From: Roseovarius sp.
GTDB lineage: Bacteria; Pseudomonadota; Alphaproteobacteria; Rhodobacterales; Rhodobacteraceae
Length of the DNA: 64,000 nt
Assembly: GCA_031580875.1 (NCBI GenBank)
Contig: JAVLCJ010000003.1
Coordinates: 1,773 to 65,772 of the forward strand
Direction of reading: 5' to 3'
This document shows, one piece after another, positions 39,142-48,007 of this stretch (position 1 is its first letter; each line of letters begins with the position of its first letter). The position numbers were made by a program, and so were the translations under genes. Below the pieces are notes generated by a model. It searched no databases, was not told where the DNA came from, and was given only the letters and a program-made list of their open reading frames with translations.

Positions 39142-39355
39142 TTCAGCCACGTTTTTCTCCCTGATGGTTGCGCCGGTTCGGGTCTGTCGCCCGGTAACGG
39201 CCAGTTTGAAGGCTCCATTGCGCTGCCCTTCTCCGTTCGCCGTGGAGCATCGGAAACGGGGACAGACCGGCCGCGCGAATTGCCCGCCCGGCCGGTGCAT
39301 CGGGCTTGTCATGATCAACAACCACGCCAGTTGAACCATCGCAGCGCTTTGCGAC

Positions 39356-39416
39356 GGCACCTTCGGCGTGTATACACGCCCGGATCGTCGCGAGAGCGGC
39401 CTGCATCGAAGGTGCC
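39356..39416. promoter_or_regulatory. Nested inverted repeat: a 16 bp perfect palindrome inside a 10 bp inverted repeat. Candidate operator or leader structure between the GntR gene and the GS-like operon
   Basis: GGCGTGTATACACGCC at 39365-39380 is its own reverse complement. It is flanked by GGCACCTTCG (39356-39365) and CGAAGGTGCC (39407-39416). Confidence 0.4.
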
Positions 39417-39615
39417 ATCTGTCAGCTATCCCTAATCTAGGTCTTGGCGCGGGTGGCGATGTTGACATTGTCATGAGCGACGGAGTGCCGCCCTGTGAAT
39501 AGTGTTTCCCTTGAGCGATCCAAAAGTCAACCGCTTTTGATCCAAAGAAATGCATTTTCCGCGAAAAACAACCATATTGGTACAATATTGGTTCTTACCT
39601 GCCCGGAGACCATCC

Positions 39616-40305
39616 ATGACCAGACGCTTTGAGCAAAAACTGGGCGCGGTCGATATCGCGGCGCTCGTAAGGCGCGAGATTTCCAAGGGAAATCTGCAAC
39701 TGCACGATCGTCTACCGCCCGAACGAGTCCTGGCTGACACTTACGGCGCCGCCCGTGGAACGATTCGCAAAGCCCTCACGCTTCTTGAGGAAGAGGGATT
39801 CGTGGAAATCCGCCCCGGTAGCGGTACATATGTGGTACATCAGCCGGACGAGGCATCCGTCGCCCCCATCGATAACGCGACACCGCTCGAACTGATGGAT
39901 GCCCGATTCGCTCTTGAGCCGCATATCTGCAGACTGTCGGTCCTTCACGGGCGGCGCACCGACTTCGACCGTATGGAGTCACTCTGCTCGCGGATGGAGG
40001 ACTGCGTTAACGACCCGGTCGGCTTTTCCGACGCGGACACCGACTTTCACCGCGCGCTGGCAGATTCCACCAGAAACGGTCTGCTGATCTGGATACTGGA
40101 CCAGATCGCCACTGTTCGCAGCCAGGACGACTGGACGCGGATGCGTCATCTGACACTGGATGCGCGTACGATCAGCACCTACAACGCGCAGCACCGGCAG
40201 ATATTGAACGCCCTGCGTACCCGCGAACCCGAGCGCGCCGCGAACATCATGAAAGAACACCTTGAGACAGCCCGTCTGTCATTGACGCGGGCTTCGGAAA
40301 CCTGA
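39616..40305 (+). CDS. GntR-family transcriptional regulator, FadR-type C-terminal domain
   Basis: Winged HTH LPPERVLADTYGAARGTIRKALTLLEEEGFVEIRPGSGTYV, plus a helical FCD-like domain. Start at the ATG at 39616, with GGAGA 8 nt upstream. Confidence 0.9.
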   Translation: MTRRFEQKLGAVDIAALVRREISKGNLQLHDRLPPERVLADTYGAARGTIRKALTLLEEEGFVEIRPGSGTYVVHQPDEASVAPIDNATPLELMDARFALEPHICRLSVLHGRRTDFDRMESLCSRMEDCVNDPVGFSDADTDFHRALADSTRNGLLIWILDQIATVRSQDDWTRMRHLTLDARTISTYNAQHRQILNALRTREPERAANIMKEHLETARLSLTRASET

Positions 40306-40316
40306 CAAGCGCGCCC

Positions 40317-40583
40317 TCAGGCGCGCTTGCCTGCCTTGAGCCGCTCGAAAAGCTCGTAGTTGCGGCAAATCTCCGGCGGGCGACTTGCCTTGCCCTGCCG
40401 GGTATCCAACCAGCGTTCACACCCGTCAGGGTTGGAGCAGCCCGTACAGGCAAGAACAGCATCCGTGATATCGTCGACATCAAGACGCGCTTCGAGCATC
40501 TTCTCCTCGAGATCGAGCCCGAGGGATTCGGCCATCCGATCGACGAGAGCGGCGTGTCGCTTCAGCGTAGCTGTTGTGGGCAT
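40317..40583 (-). CDS. Small Cys-containing protein, DUF6455-like
   Basis: MPTTATLKRHAALVDRMAESLGLDL...CTGCSNPDGCERWL...PEICRNYELF. ATG at 40583, preceded by GGGGAGAA. Confidence 0.55.
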   Translation of the reverse strand: MPTTATLKRHAALVDRMAESLGLDLEEKMLEARLDVDDITDAVLACTGCSNPDGCERWLDTRQGKASRPPEICRNYELFERLKAGKRA

Positions 40584-40646
40584 GTCGGTTCTCCCCGCAG
40601 TTTCACGAAGCATGACAGCGCAGGCAGTCCGATACCTTGACCTGAA

Positions 40647-41003
40647 TCAATCCTCGATGTCGTCGAGGTAGAGCCGAACACAGTCCTGAACGTGCCGGAA
40701 CCGGTCCCCACCCAGTTTCTTGCCGCCGAACCACCGTGTCACGACGACGATGTGATCCGCTTTGCCGGCGCGTTCCAGCATCCTGAGAATCACGTTGCCT
40801 GCGCCGGCTTCACCGTCATCGGATTTCAGGGCGTCACCTGTGGATAGCAGTACCGCCCACGTGTTGTGCGTGGCCCGGGCGAATTTCTTGTCCTTCTTGA
40901 GCGTCTTGAGAAACGCGTCAGCCTGCGCGCGGCTTGCAACGGGCCCGCCCGACACCGCGTACTTCGATCCGCGGTCTTTAATGACCCCGATCAGCTGCCG
41001 CAT
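40647..41003 (-). CDS. YigZ/IMPACT N-terminal-domain family protein (UPF0029)
   Basis: IKDRGSKY...ATHNTWA...DDGE..AG and VVVTRWFGG.KLG motifs. TGATG overlap with the upstream peptidase gene. Confidence 0.8.
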   Translation of the reverse strand: MRQLIGVIKDRGSKYAVSGGPVASRAQADAFLKTLKKDKKFARATHNTWAVLLSTGDALKSDDGEAGAGNVILRMLERAGKADHIVVVTRWFGGKKLGGDRFRHVQDCVRLYLDDIED

Positions 41004-41713
41004 CAGAGGCCGGCGTTCACCCGGCGGACGGTATCGATTCGTTGCGCATTCGGCGGATGCGTCCCGAGGAACCGGTCACCGGGATCCGGGATCCGCGTGA
41101 AGAATTCCGCCCCGCGCACCGGGTCGTAGCCCGCGCGCCGCGTGATGACTGTCCCGAGCGCATCTGCTTCCAGTTCGTAATCCTTCGAATAGGTGCGCGC
41201 GCCGACCGCGCCGCCGATATCAACGGCCGAATCGATGACGTTCGAACTGGCGCCCGTGATCGCGGCGAGCCCGCCGAGCAGAAGCGCACCGGCGGCCGCA
41301 TTCTGCTGCTTGCGGGGCAGGTGCCCCTCGATGTGATGCGCCGCCTCGTGCCCCATCACGAAAGCCAGTTCATCGCGATTGCGCACCTCCGCGATCATCG
41401 CGAGGTTGAACGCAAGCACGGGACGGCCGTTATCATCGAGTGACTGGTAGGCATTGGCGGGCTGGTTGGGCCGGTCGTCGACGACGATCCGGAAGTCGCA
41501 GTTGAGGTTCGGCGCCTGCTGCCGGCAGAGCCGCTCCGCCACCGGCTCAACCCGTGCGACCACTGATTGAAATCGCTGAACCTCCGCCGCGGTCGGCGTC
41601 TCGATTTCGCTCGCCGCCGGTTGCGTGGGTGCGGGTTGTCCGGGCCGGGGGCCCTCGACGGTCGAGACGCATCCCGCCAGAACAAACATGAGGACAAGGC
41701 TTATGCGGCGCAT
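41003..41713 (-). CDS. M48-family zinc metallopeptidase, lipoprotein
   Basis: Lipobox LVLMFVLAGC, HEAAHH zinc motif and a downstream E..AD. Start at the ATG at 41713. Confidence 0.85.
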   Translation of the reverse strand: MRRISLVLMFVLAGCVSTVEGPRPGQPAPTQPAASEIETPTAAEVQRFQSVVARVEPVAERLCRQQAPNLNCDFRIVVDDRPNQPANAYQSLDDNGRPVLAFNLAMIAEVRNRDELAFVMGHEAAHHIEGHLPRKQQNAAAGALLLGGLAAITGASSNVIDSAVDIGGAVGARTYSKDYELEADALGTVITRRAGYDPVRGAEFFTRIPDPGDRFLGTHPPNAQRIDTVRRVNAGL

Positions 41714-41833
41714 CGCGTTTTCCCGAATTGATGTTGGTCCGCCCTTTCTAGCAGCCTTTGGGCCTGACAACAGCCCCGGTGACGTGAGGACCGCTGCACT
41801 TGCAATGAAATGCCATGCCAGTAAGCTGGGAGC

Positions 41834-42073
41834 ATGTTTTCTATCGAACACGAATTCGACGCGACCGTGATAACACTGGTCGATGATGGCGATGCGCCAC
41901 TCAAGGAAGACGTGATCATCAACGCCTTCGAGGAATGCATCACCATAGAACAGGTCGACCCGCGCACGGAGCAGGTGAACGTTATCACGCTGTCGATGGC
42001 CCAGTTGCGCGATCTCGGCGCGGCGCTCGACCTGCCGGAAGGCGTCTACAACCTCGTTTCCCATAAGTCCTGA
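41834..42073 (+). CDS. Hypothetical small acidic protein (79 aa)
   Basis: Coding-like codon usage, with GGGAG just upstream of the ATG. I recognise no family. Confidence 0.5.
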   Translation: MFSIEHEFDATVITLVDDGDAPLKEDVIINAFEECITIEQVDPRTEQVNVITLSMAQLRDLGAALDLPEGVYNLVSHKS

Positions 42074-42083
42074 AAGCGCGCCG

Positions 42084-42338
42084 TCACCGGAGCTTGAACA
42101 CCTTGTCCCGCGATGTGAGGCCGCTGATGACCTCCAGCCGGGTTTTCGGAACGCCCAGTACCGACGCGAGCAGTTTCCTGACACGGGCGTTTGCCTTGCC
42201 CTTTTCCGGGGCAACCGTCACGTACACCCGCAGCCTGCCGTCTCGCATCACGATCCTGTCGCGTGATGCCTTGGGCGTGACGGTCACCGCGATTTCTGCG
42301 CCGGCCACGGCCAGATGGCTCAGATCCGAAATTTCCAT
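42084..42338 (-). CDS. DUF167 (YggU-like) family protein
   Basis: VTPKASRDRI...VAPEKGKAN..V.KLLA..LGVPK..LEVISG.TSR.K pattern. ATG at 42338. Confidence 0.8.
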   Translation of the reverse strand: MEISDLSHLAVAGAEIAVTVTPKASRDRIVMRDGRLRVYVTVAPEKGKANARVRKLLASVLGVPKTRLEVISGLTSRDKVFKLR

Positions 42339-42458
42339 GCCTTGCTGATATCCTGTCCCGGCTGCCCGTCCAATCGAAATCGGCAGGCCCCTGCCCTCTT
42401 GACCCGCGCCGCCCGACCGCCGACATGTGGTGGCGTCTCCAACAAAACATCCGGACAC

Positions 42459-43037
42459 ATGCCCACACCCAATCCCGAAGCGTTGGCCTTCCTCGAAACG
42501 CGACGCTCCCGCCCTGCCAAGACCCTTGTCCGACCGGCCCCCGACCGCGAAGCGCTGCACAGCCTGCTCACGGCCGCCGCGCGCTGCCCGGATCATGGCA
42601 AGCTTGAACCTTGGCGTTTCATCGTTCTCGGCCCCGCGGCCCTGGAACGCGTTGGCGATCTTGTCCCGGATTGCGGGGCCCGACTCGGCAGGACCGCCGA
42701 GGAAATCACCAAGGCGCGGCTCCAGTTCGCGGAATCCCCTCTGGCCATAGCCGTGATCGAGGTCCGGAAACCGTCCCCCAAGATCCCGGCGATCGAACAG
42801 AGTTATTCGGCGGGGGCCGTTTGCCTCGGCCTGCTGAATGCCGCGCTGGCCGCCGGCTGGGGGGCGAACTGGCTCAGCGGATGGCCCAGCCATGATGCGA
42901 CATTCTGCCAGCAAGCCTTCGGGTTATCCGGAACCGAAAGCGTCGCCGGCCTGATTCACATCGGCACGGAAACCACGGCGCCGCCGGAACGCCCGCGACC
43001 CGACATCGCCGCCATCACCCAATGGATGACCGAATGA
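42459..43037 (+). CDS. Nitroreductase family protein
   Basis: RRSRPAK...PDHGKLEPWRF, a typical nitroreductase-fold N-terminus. ATG at 42459. Confidence 0.85.
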   Translation: MPTPNPEALAFLETRRSRPAKTLVRPAPDREALHSLLTAAARCPDHGKLEPWRFIVLGPAALERVGDLVPDCGARLGRTAEEITKARLQFAESPLAIAVIEVRKPSPKIPAIEQSYSAGAVCLGLLNAALAAGWGANWLSGWPSHDATFCQQAFGLSGTESVAGLIHIGTETTAPPERPRPDIAAITQWMTE

Positions 43038-43738
43038 TTCTTTCTTCCTTCTTCAAGGCCCTGTCCCAGACAACCGACCCGCGTTTCCGCAGGGTTCTGT
43101 TTCTCGGCGTCGGCCTAACACTGGCGCTTCTTGTCGCTTTCTACGCCGGCTTCCTGGCATTGTTGCAATGGGTCCTCGGCGACAGCAGCACCTTGCCCCT
43201 CATTGGCGAGGTGACGTGGCTGAATGATCTTCTGGGATGGGGCAGCTTGCTGCTGATGGTCGTGCTGTCCGTTTTCCTGATGATACCGGTGGCCTCGGCC
43301 ATCACGTCCATGTTCCTCGAAGAGGTCGCGCAAGCCGTGGAGGATCGTCATTATCCCAACCTGCCGGCGCCGCCGAGGATCCCGCTCGCCGAAGCGTTCC
43401 GCGACACGGTCAATTTCCTCGGGATCCTGATAGCGGCCAACCTGCTCGCCTTCATCCTCTATGCCCTGTTTTCACCGCTGGCCCTGTTCATTTTCTGGGC
43501 GCTCAACGGTTATCTGCTGGGCATGGAGTACTTTCAGCTCGCCGCAATGCGCCGTATCGGCCGAGCCGAGGCCAAGGCGCTGAGACGCCGTAACGTCGCA
43601 CTGATCTGGCTGGCCGGCACGCTGATGGCGATACCGCTGTCCGTTCCGGTGCTCAACCTGCTCATTCCGATACTCGGTGCGGCCACGTTCACCCACATCT
43701 ACCACGCGGTGCAGGCACGGGTCAGTTCATCCGGTTGA
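43034..43738 (+). CDS. EI24/CysZ-like membrane protein
   Basis: Polytopic protein with FL.EVA..VE and YFQLAAMRR segments resembling the CysZ/EI24 family. ATGA overlap with the nitroreductase stop. An alternative ATG lies at 43022. Confidence 0.7.
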   Translation: MILSSFFKALSQTTDPRFRRVLFLGVGLTLALLVAFYAGFLALLQWVLGDSSTLPLIGEVTWLNDLLGWGSLLLMVVLSVFLMIPVASAITSMFLEEVAQAVEDRHYPNLPAPPRIPLAEAFRDTVNFLGILIAANLLAFILYALFSPLALFIFWALNGYLLGMEYFQLAAMRRIGRAEAKALRRRNVALIWLAGTLMAIPLSVPVLNLLIPILGAATFTHIYHAVQARVSSSG

Positions 43739-43988
43739 ACCAGTCGATATCGCGGACAGTGACCGTGCCCGTGATGATGATGCCCGCGATGATGGCCCAA
43801 AGGACCGCCGCGACGATCGTCGTGATCTTTGCCTTCTTTTTCAGATGGTGCGTCTGGGGCGACCCGCCATGCGTTCCGGGAACGATGTCACCTGATTCTG
43901 CCTGAGTCTGAAGCCGGATCGGGATCACGACGAGAAACGTCATGAACCAGATCACCATGTACAGAACGATACCGGACGTGATTCCCAT
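43722..43988 (-). CDS. DUF1467 family membrane protein
   Basis: MGITSGIVLYMVIWFMTFLVVIPIRLQTQ...GTHGGSP pattern; 88 aa; two TM helices. Its 3' end overlaps the convergent CysZ-like gene by 17 nt. Confidence 0.75.
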   Translation of the reverse strand: MGITSGIVLYMVIWFMTFLVVIPIRLQTQAESGDIVPGTHGGSPQTHHLKKKAKITTIVAAVLWAIIAGIIITGTVTVRDIDWFNRMN

Positions 43989-44392
43989 CAGACCTGCTCC
44001 AGCTCCACGAGGCAGCCATTGAAATCCTTGGGATGCAGGAACAGCACGGGCTTGCCGTGCGCGCCGATTTTCGGCTCCCCGTTCCCGAGAACACGCGCCC
44101 CCGCTTCCTTCAGGTGATCACGCGCGGCAACGATGTCTTCCACCTCGTAACATACATGATGGATGCCGCCGGCGGGGTTCTTTTCGAGGAAGGCGCTGAT
44201 GGGGCTGTCGTCCCCCAAGGGATGAAGCAGCTCGATCTTGGTGTTCGGCAGGTTGATGAATATGACCGTGACGCCATGCTCCGGCTCGTCCTGCGGTTCC
44301 CCGACCGTCGCGCCAAGAGCGGTGTGATACTGTGCGGCCGCCGCCTCGAGGTCGGGGACCGCAATTGCGACATGGTTCAGACGTCCGATCAT
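43988..44392 (-). CDS. mce: Methylmalonyl-CoA epimerase (VOC superfamily)
   Basis: MIGRLNHVAIAVPDLEAA...IELLHPLG..SPI..FL....GGIHHVCYEV.D...A; 134 aa. Confidence 0.9.
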   Translation of the reverse strand: MIGRLNHVAIAVPDLEAAAAQYHTALGATVGEPQDEPEHGVTVIFINLPNTKIELLHPLGDDSPISAFLEKNPAGGIHHVCYEVEDIVAARDHLKEAGARVLGNGEPKIGAHGKPVLFLHPKDFNGCLVELEQV

Positions 44393-44539
44393 TCTTCAAA
44401 TCCCGTTGCTGTCAGATTAGCCCGTTATGATCCGCCGCCGACGCCCTGACAAGGGACACAGGGACGCAACGTGTGCATTAACCTCTCGTTAGCCATGCGG
44501 AATTAATCCTTGAGGTCCCCCTCGTGAAGGACCGCAACC

Positions 44540-45259
44540 ATGGATGACCTCGACACCACTTCCCGCAAGCGCCGCAACGGCACGGCCGCCCGCCCGCTTC
44601 TGGGCATGACCGTTCTCGCCGTGGAAGACAGCAAATTCACCTGCGAAGCACTGCGCCAGATGTGCCTTCGCAGCGGCGCCCGGATACGGCGCGCGGACTG
44701 CCTGAGATCCGCGCGCCGGCACCTCAAGGTCTACCGCCCCTGCATCGCGATCGTTGACCTGGGACTGCCAGACGGCAACGGCGCCGAGCTCATCTCGGAA
44801 ATGGCACAGGCCGTGCCGCGCGTCGGCGCGATCATCGGCATCAGCGGGACGCCCGCGGCCGAGCAGACGGCCCGCGACGCCGGTGCGGACACGTTCCTTT
44901 CGAAACCCATCGACAGTCTGGCCGGTTTCCAGGCGGCAGTGATCGCGCAACTCCCGCGTGACTGGCAGCCGGTCGGCCCCCGTGTTCTCAACGAAGAAAA
45001 CGTCGATCCCGATCCGGCCGCGTATCGCGATGACATGGCCCATGTCGCCAACATCCTCGCGCAGCACAGCGACGGCCCGACGATCGACTATGTGGCGCAG
45101 TTCCTTGGTGGTATCGCCCGCACGGCCCGGGACAATTCGCTCGCACAAGCGGCGGACGACCTTGCCCAAAGCCATAGCGCCGGGCGGCCGATCACGGCCA
45201 ACCTAGACCGGCTCGCAAATCTGGTACAGGCCCGTCTCGAACCGAGCCATGCCGTCTGA
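44540..45259 (+). CDS. Single-domain response regulator (receiver) with an uncharacterised C-terminal helical region
   Basis: Receiver hallmarks LAVEDS, IAIVDLGLPDGNG, GISG and LSKP, followed by about 110 aa with no DNA-binding motif. Confidence 0.8.
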   Translation: MDDLDTTSRKRRNGTAARPLLGMTVLAVEDSKFTCEALRQMCLRSGARIRRADCLRSARRHLKVYRPCIAIVDLGLPDGNGAELISEMAQAVPRVGAIIGISGTPAAEQTARDAGADTFLSKPIDSLAGFQAAVIAQLPRDWQPVGPRVLNEENVDPDPAAYRDDMAHVANILAQHSDGPTIDYVAQFLGGIARTARDNSLAQAADDLAQSHSAGRPITANLDRLANLVQARLEPSHAV

Positions 45260-45395
45260 CGATCGCCCCCTTATCCGCGTACGCACGCGCCGCCGGAACG
45301 GCAAACGGCGCTTGGCGTGGCGGAAGACTCTGCAAACACCGCGAAATTCTGTTCCCATAAAGTTCCAAGTGACATTCCGTGCCGTTACAAGCTAT

Positions 45396-46037
45396 ATGTC
45401 GGAAATGGCAACAGACGCCAATCAAGATTTGGCCAACTTTCTGAACCATGACCGTTTCGCGACGGTCATGGCGGATCCCCCGTGGCGGTTCACCAATCGC
45501 ACCGGCAAGGTCGCCCCGGAACACAAGCGTCTGTCGCGTTATCCGACCATGACGCTGGACGATATCTGCGACCTGCCCGTTGCCGATCATCTCGAGGATA
45601 CGGCGCATTGCTATCTCTGGGTGCCGAACGCGCTGCTGCCCGAAGGATTGCAGGTCATGCAATCATGGGGATTCGATTACAAGTCGAACATCGTCTGGCA
45701 CAAGATCCGCAAGGATGGCGGCAGTGACGGGCGCGGCGTGGGGTTCTATTTCCGCAACGTGACGGAGATACTGCTGTTCGGCACACGCGGCAAGAATGCC
45801 CGCACCCTTCCGCCGGCCCGGCGGCAAGTCAACATGATCCAGACGCGCAAGCGCGAGCATTCGCGCAAACCCGACGAGCAATACCAACTCATCGAGGAAT
45901 GTTCCCGCGGACCGTACCTGGAACTTTTCGGCCGCGGCATCCGCGAGGGCTGGACGGTCTGGGGCAACCAGGCCGATGCGGATTACAAACCCGGCTGGAA
46001 GACCTATCCCTACAATTCGGGCGTCGCGGCCGAGTAG
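45396..46037 (+). CDS. MT-A70-family (N6-adenine) methyltransferase, orphan
   Basis: Catalytic DPPW motif (VMADPPWRF), plus YLWVPN, WGF.Y....W.K and HSRKP blocks typical of MT-A70. ATG at 45396. Confidence 0.85.
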   Translation: MSEMATDANQDLANFLNHDRFATVMADPPWRFTNRTGKVAPEHKRLSRYPTMTLDDICDLPVADHLEDTAHCYLWVPNALLPEGLQVMQSWGFDYKSNIVWHKIRKDGGSDGRGVGFYFRNVTEILLFGTRGKNARTLPPARRQVNMIQTRKREHSRKPDEQYQLIEECSRGPYLELFGRGIREGWTVWGNQADADYKPGWKTYPYNSGVAAE

Positions 46038-46228
46038 GGCCGAACGACCGGATCGAGAAGCCAGATCAACGGCAGCGGCCACTGATTGCCCACCCCGCGC
46101 GCGATGCCCGCGGCCAGCCTGGCCCGGTGTATGGTGGCCATGCCGTGCTCGCCCACGACGAAAAAACGGGAAAGCCCGGTGCGAAATCGTCCGACAGCTC
46201 CGTGTCCGAGACAGGCTCGACCGTCTCG

Positions 46229-48007
46229 CTAGTCGTCCTGCGGGATCACTCGCAGCCCCAACTCCATGAGCTGATCGCTCGTGGGGTCGGACGGCGCGTT
46301 CATCATCAGGTCCTCGGCACGCTGGTTCATCGGGAACATGATGACCTCGCGGATGTTGGCCTCATCGGCCAGCAACATCACGATCCGGTCGATCCCGGCC
46401 GCGCATCCGCCATGCGGCGGCGCGCCGTAGCGGAACGCGTTGACCAGTCCGCCAAAGCGCTTGTGCACCTCGGCCTCGTCGTACCCGGCTTTTTCGAAGG
46501 CCTTGATCATGACGTCCAGCTTGTGATTCCGGATCGCGCCGGACACCAGTTCGTACCCGTTGCAGCTAAGATCGTACTGGTAGCCAAGCACGTCGAGCGG
46601 ATCACCGTCAAGCGCCGCCGCCCCGCCCTGCGGCATCGAGAACGGGTTGTGCGAGAAATCGATCGCCCCGGTTTCCTCGTCCGCCTCGTACATCGGGAAA
46701 TCAACGATCCACGCAAAGGCGAACCGGTTCTTCTCGGTCAGGTCCAGTTCCTCGCCGATGACATCGCGCGCCTTGGCGGCGACCCGCTCGAACGCCTGCG
46801 GCTTGCCGCCTAGGAAAAAGGCCGCGTCGCCCTTGCCAAGGCGAAGCTGCTGACGAATTGCCTCGGTCCGCTCGGGGCCGATATTCTTGGCCAGCGGGCC
46901 GGCGGCCTCGATCCCGTTCTCCCCTTCCCGCCAGAAGATATAGCCCATCCCCGGCAGCCCTTCCTTCTGGGCAAAGGCGTTCATCCGGTCGCAGAACTTG
47001 CGCGAGCCACCGCCGGGCGCGGGGATCGCGCGGATCTGCGTGCCCGCCTGCTCCAGCAACTTGGCGAAAATCGCGAAGCCCGAGCCGCGGAAATGTTCCG
47101 ACACCTCGGCCATCTTCACGGGGTTGCGCAGGTCGGGCTTGTCGGTGCCATACCAGAGCGCGGCGTCCGCGTAGCTGATCTGCGGCCAGTGCTTGTCCAC
47201 CTTGTGCCCGCCGCCGAATTCCTCGAACAGCCCTTCCAGAACCGGCTGGATCGTGTCGAAGACGTCCTGCTGCTCGACGAAACTCATCTCCATGTCGAGC
47301 TGGTAGAAATCGGTGGGCGAGCGGTCGGCGCGCGGGTCCTCGTCGCGGAAACAGGGCGCGATCTGGAAATACTTGTCGAAGCCCGACACCATGATGAGCT
47401 GCTTGAAAAGCTGAGGCGCCTGCGGCAGCGCGTAGAACTTGCCCGGGTGCAAGCGCGACGGCACGAGGAAATCGCGCGCGCCCTCGGGCGAGGACGCCGT
47501 GATGATCGGCGTCTGGTATTCGCGGAACCCGATGTCCCACATCCGCCGCCGCAGCGATGCCACAACGTCGGAGCGCAGCTTCATGTTGTCCTGCATCGCC
47601 TCGCGGCGCAGGTCGAGGTAGCGATAGCGCAGGCGCGTCTCCTCGGGATACTCCTGATCGCCGAAAACGATGAGCGGCAATTCGTCCGAGCCGCCCAGAA
47701 CCTCGATATCGCGAATGAACACCTCGATCTCGCCGGTGGGGATTTTCGGATTGATCAGGCTGTCGTCGCGCGCTTTCACGTCGCCGTCCACGCGGATGCA
47801 CCATTCGCTGCGCACCGCCTCGACCTCGGCGAAGACCGGGCTGTCGGGGTCGCACAGCACCTGCGTGACGCCGTAATGATCCCGGAGGTCGATGAACAGC
47901 ACCCCGCCGTGATCGCGGATGCGATGCACCCAGCCCGACAGGCGCACGGTTTCGCCAACGTTGGATTTGGTAAGGTCGGCGCAGGTATGGCTGCGAAATG
48001 CGTGCAT
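46229..48007 (-). CDS. aspS: Aspartate--tRNA ligase (class IIb)
   Basis: [44 protein letters not shown] (motif 2) and GGCAAGIDR (motif 3). ATG at 48007. Confidence 0.97.
   Translation of the reverse strand: MHAFRSHTCADLTKSNVGETVRLSGWVHRIRDHGGVLFIDLRDHYGVTQVLCDPDSPVFAEVEAVRSEWCIRVDGDVKARDDSLINPKIPTGEIEVFIRDIEVLGGSDELPLIVFGDQEYPEETRLRYRYLDLRREAMQDNMKLRSDVVASLRRRMWDIGFREYQTPIITASSPEGARDFLVPSRLHPGKFYALPQAPQLFKQLIMVSGFDKYFQIAPCFRDEDPRADRSPTDFYQLDMEMSFVEQQDVFDTIQPVLEGLFEEFGGGHKVDKHWPQISYADAALWYGTDKPDLRNPVKMAEVSEHFRGSGFAIFAKLLEQAGTQIRAIPAPGGGSRKFCDRMNAFAQKEGLPGMGYIFWREGENGIEAAGPLAKNIGPERTEAIRQQLRLGKGDAAFFLGGKPQAFERVAAKARDVIGEELDLTEKNRFAFAWIVDFPMYEADEETGAIDFSHNPFSMPQGGAAALDGDPLDVLGYQYDLSCNGYELVSGAIRNHKLDVMIKAFEKAGYDEAEVHKRFGGLVNAFRYGAPPHGGCAAGIDRIVMLLADEANIREVIMFPMNQRAEDLMMNAPSDPTSDQLMELGLRVIPQDD

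Noticed and set aside
39142-39585. 148-codon N-terminal extension of the GS-like ORF, and a 91 aa upstream ORF (39143-39418) that stops 1 nt before the GS-like ATG
   Set aside because: The extension has non-genic composition. GS homology begins at MDIERF with its own Shine-Dalgarno. In the 91 aa ORF only about 60% of codons end in G or C by my count, well below neighbouring genes, and its second half is Arg-rich junk. I treat the region as a non-coding leader or operator region.
46157-46185. Possible aspS terminator (CGGG-AAAG-CCCG hairpin with a run of six T on the minus strand)
   Set aside because: The stem is only 4-5 bp, which is too weak to call as a feature.
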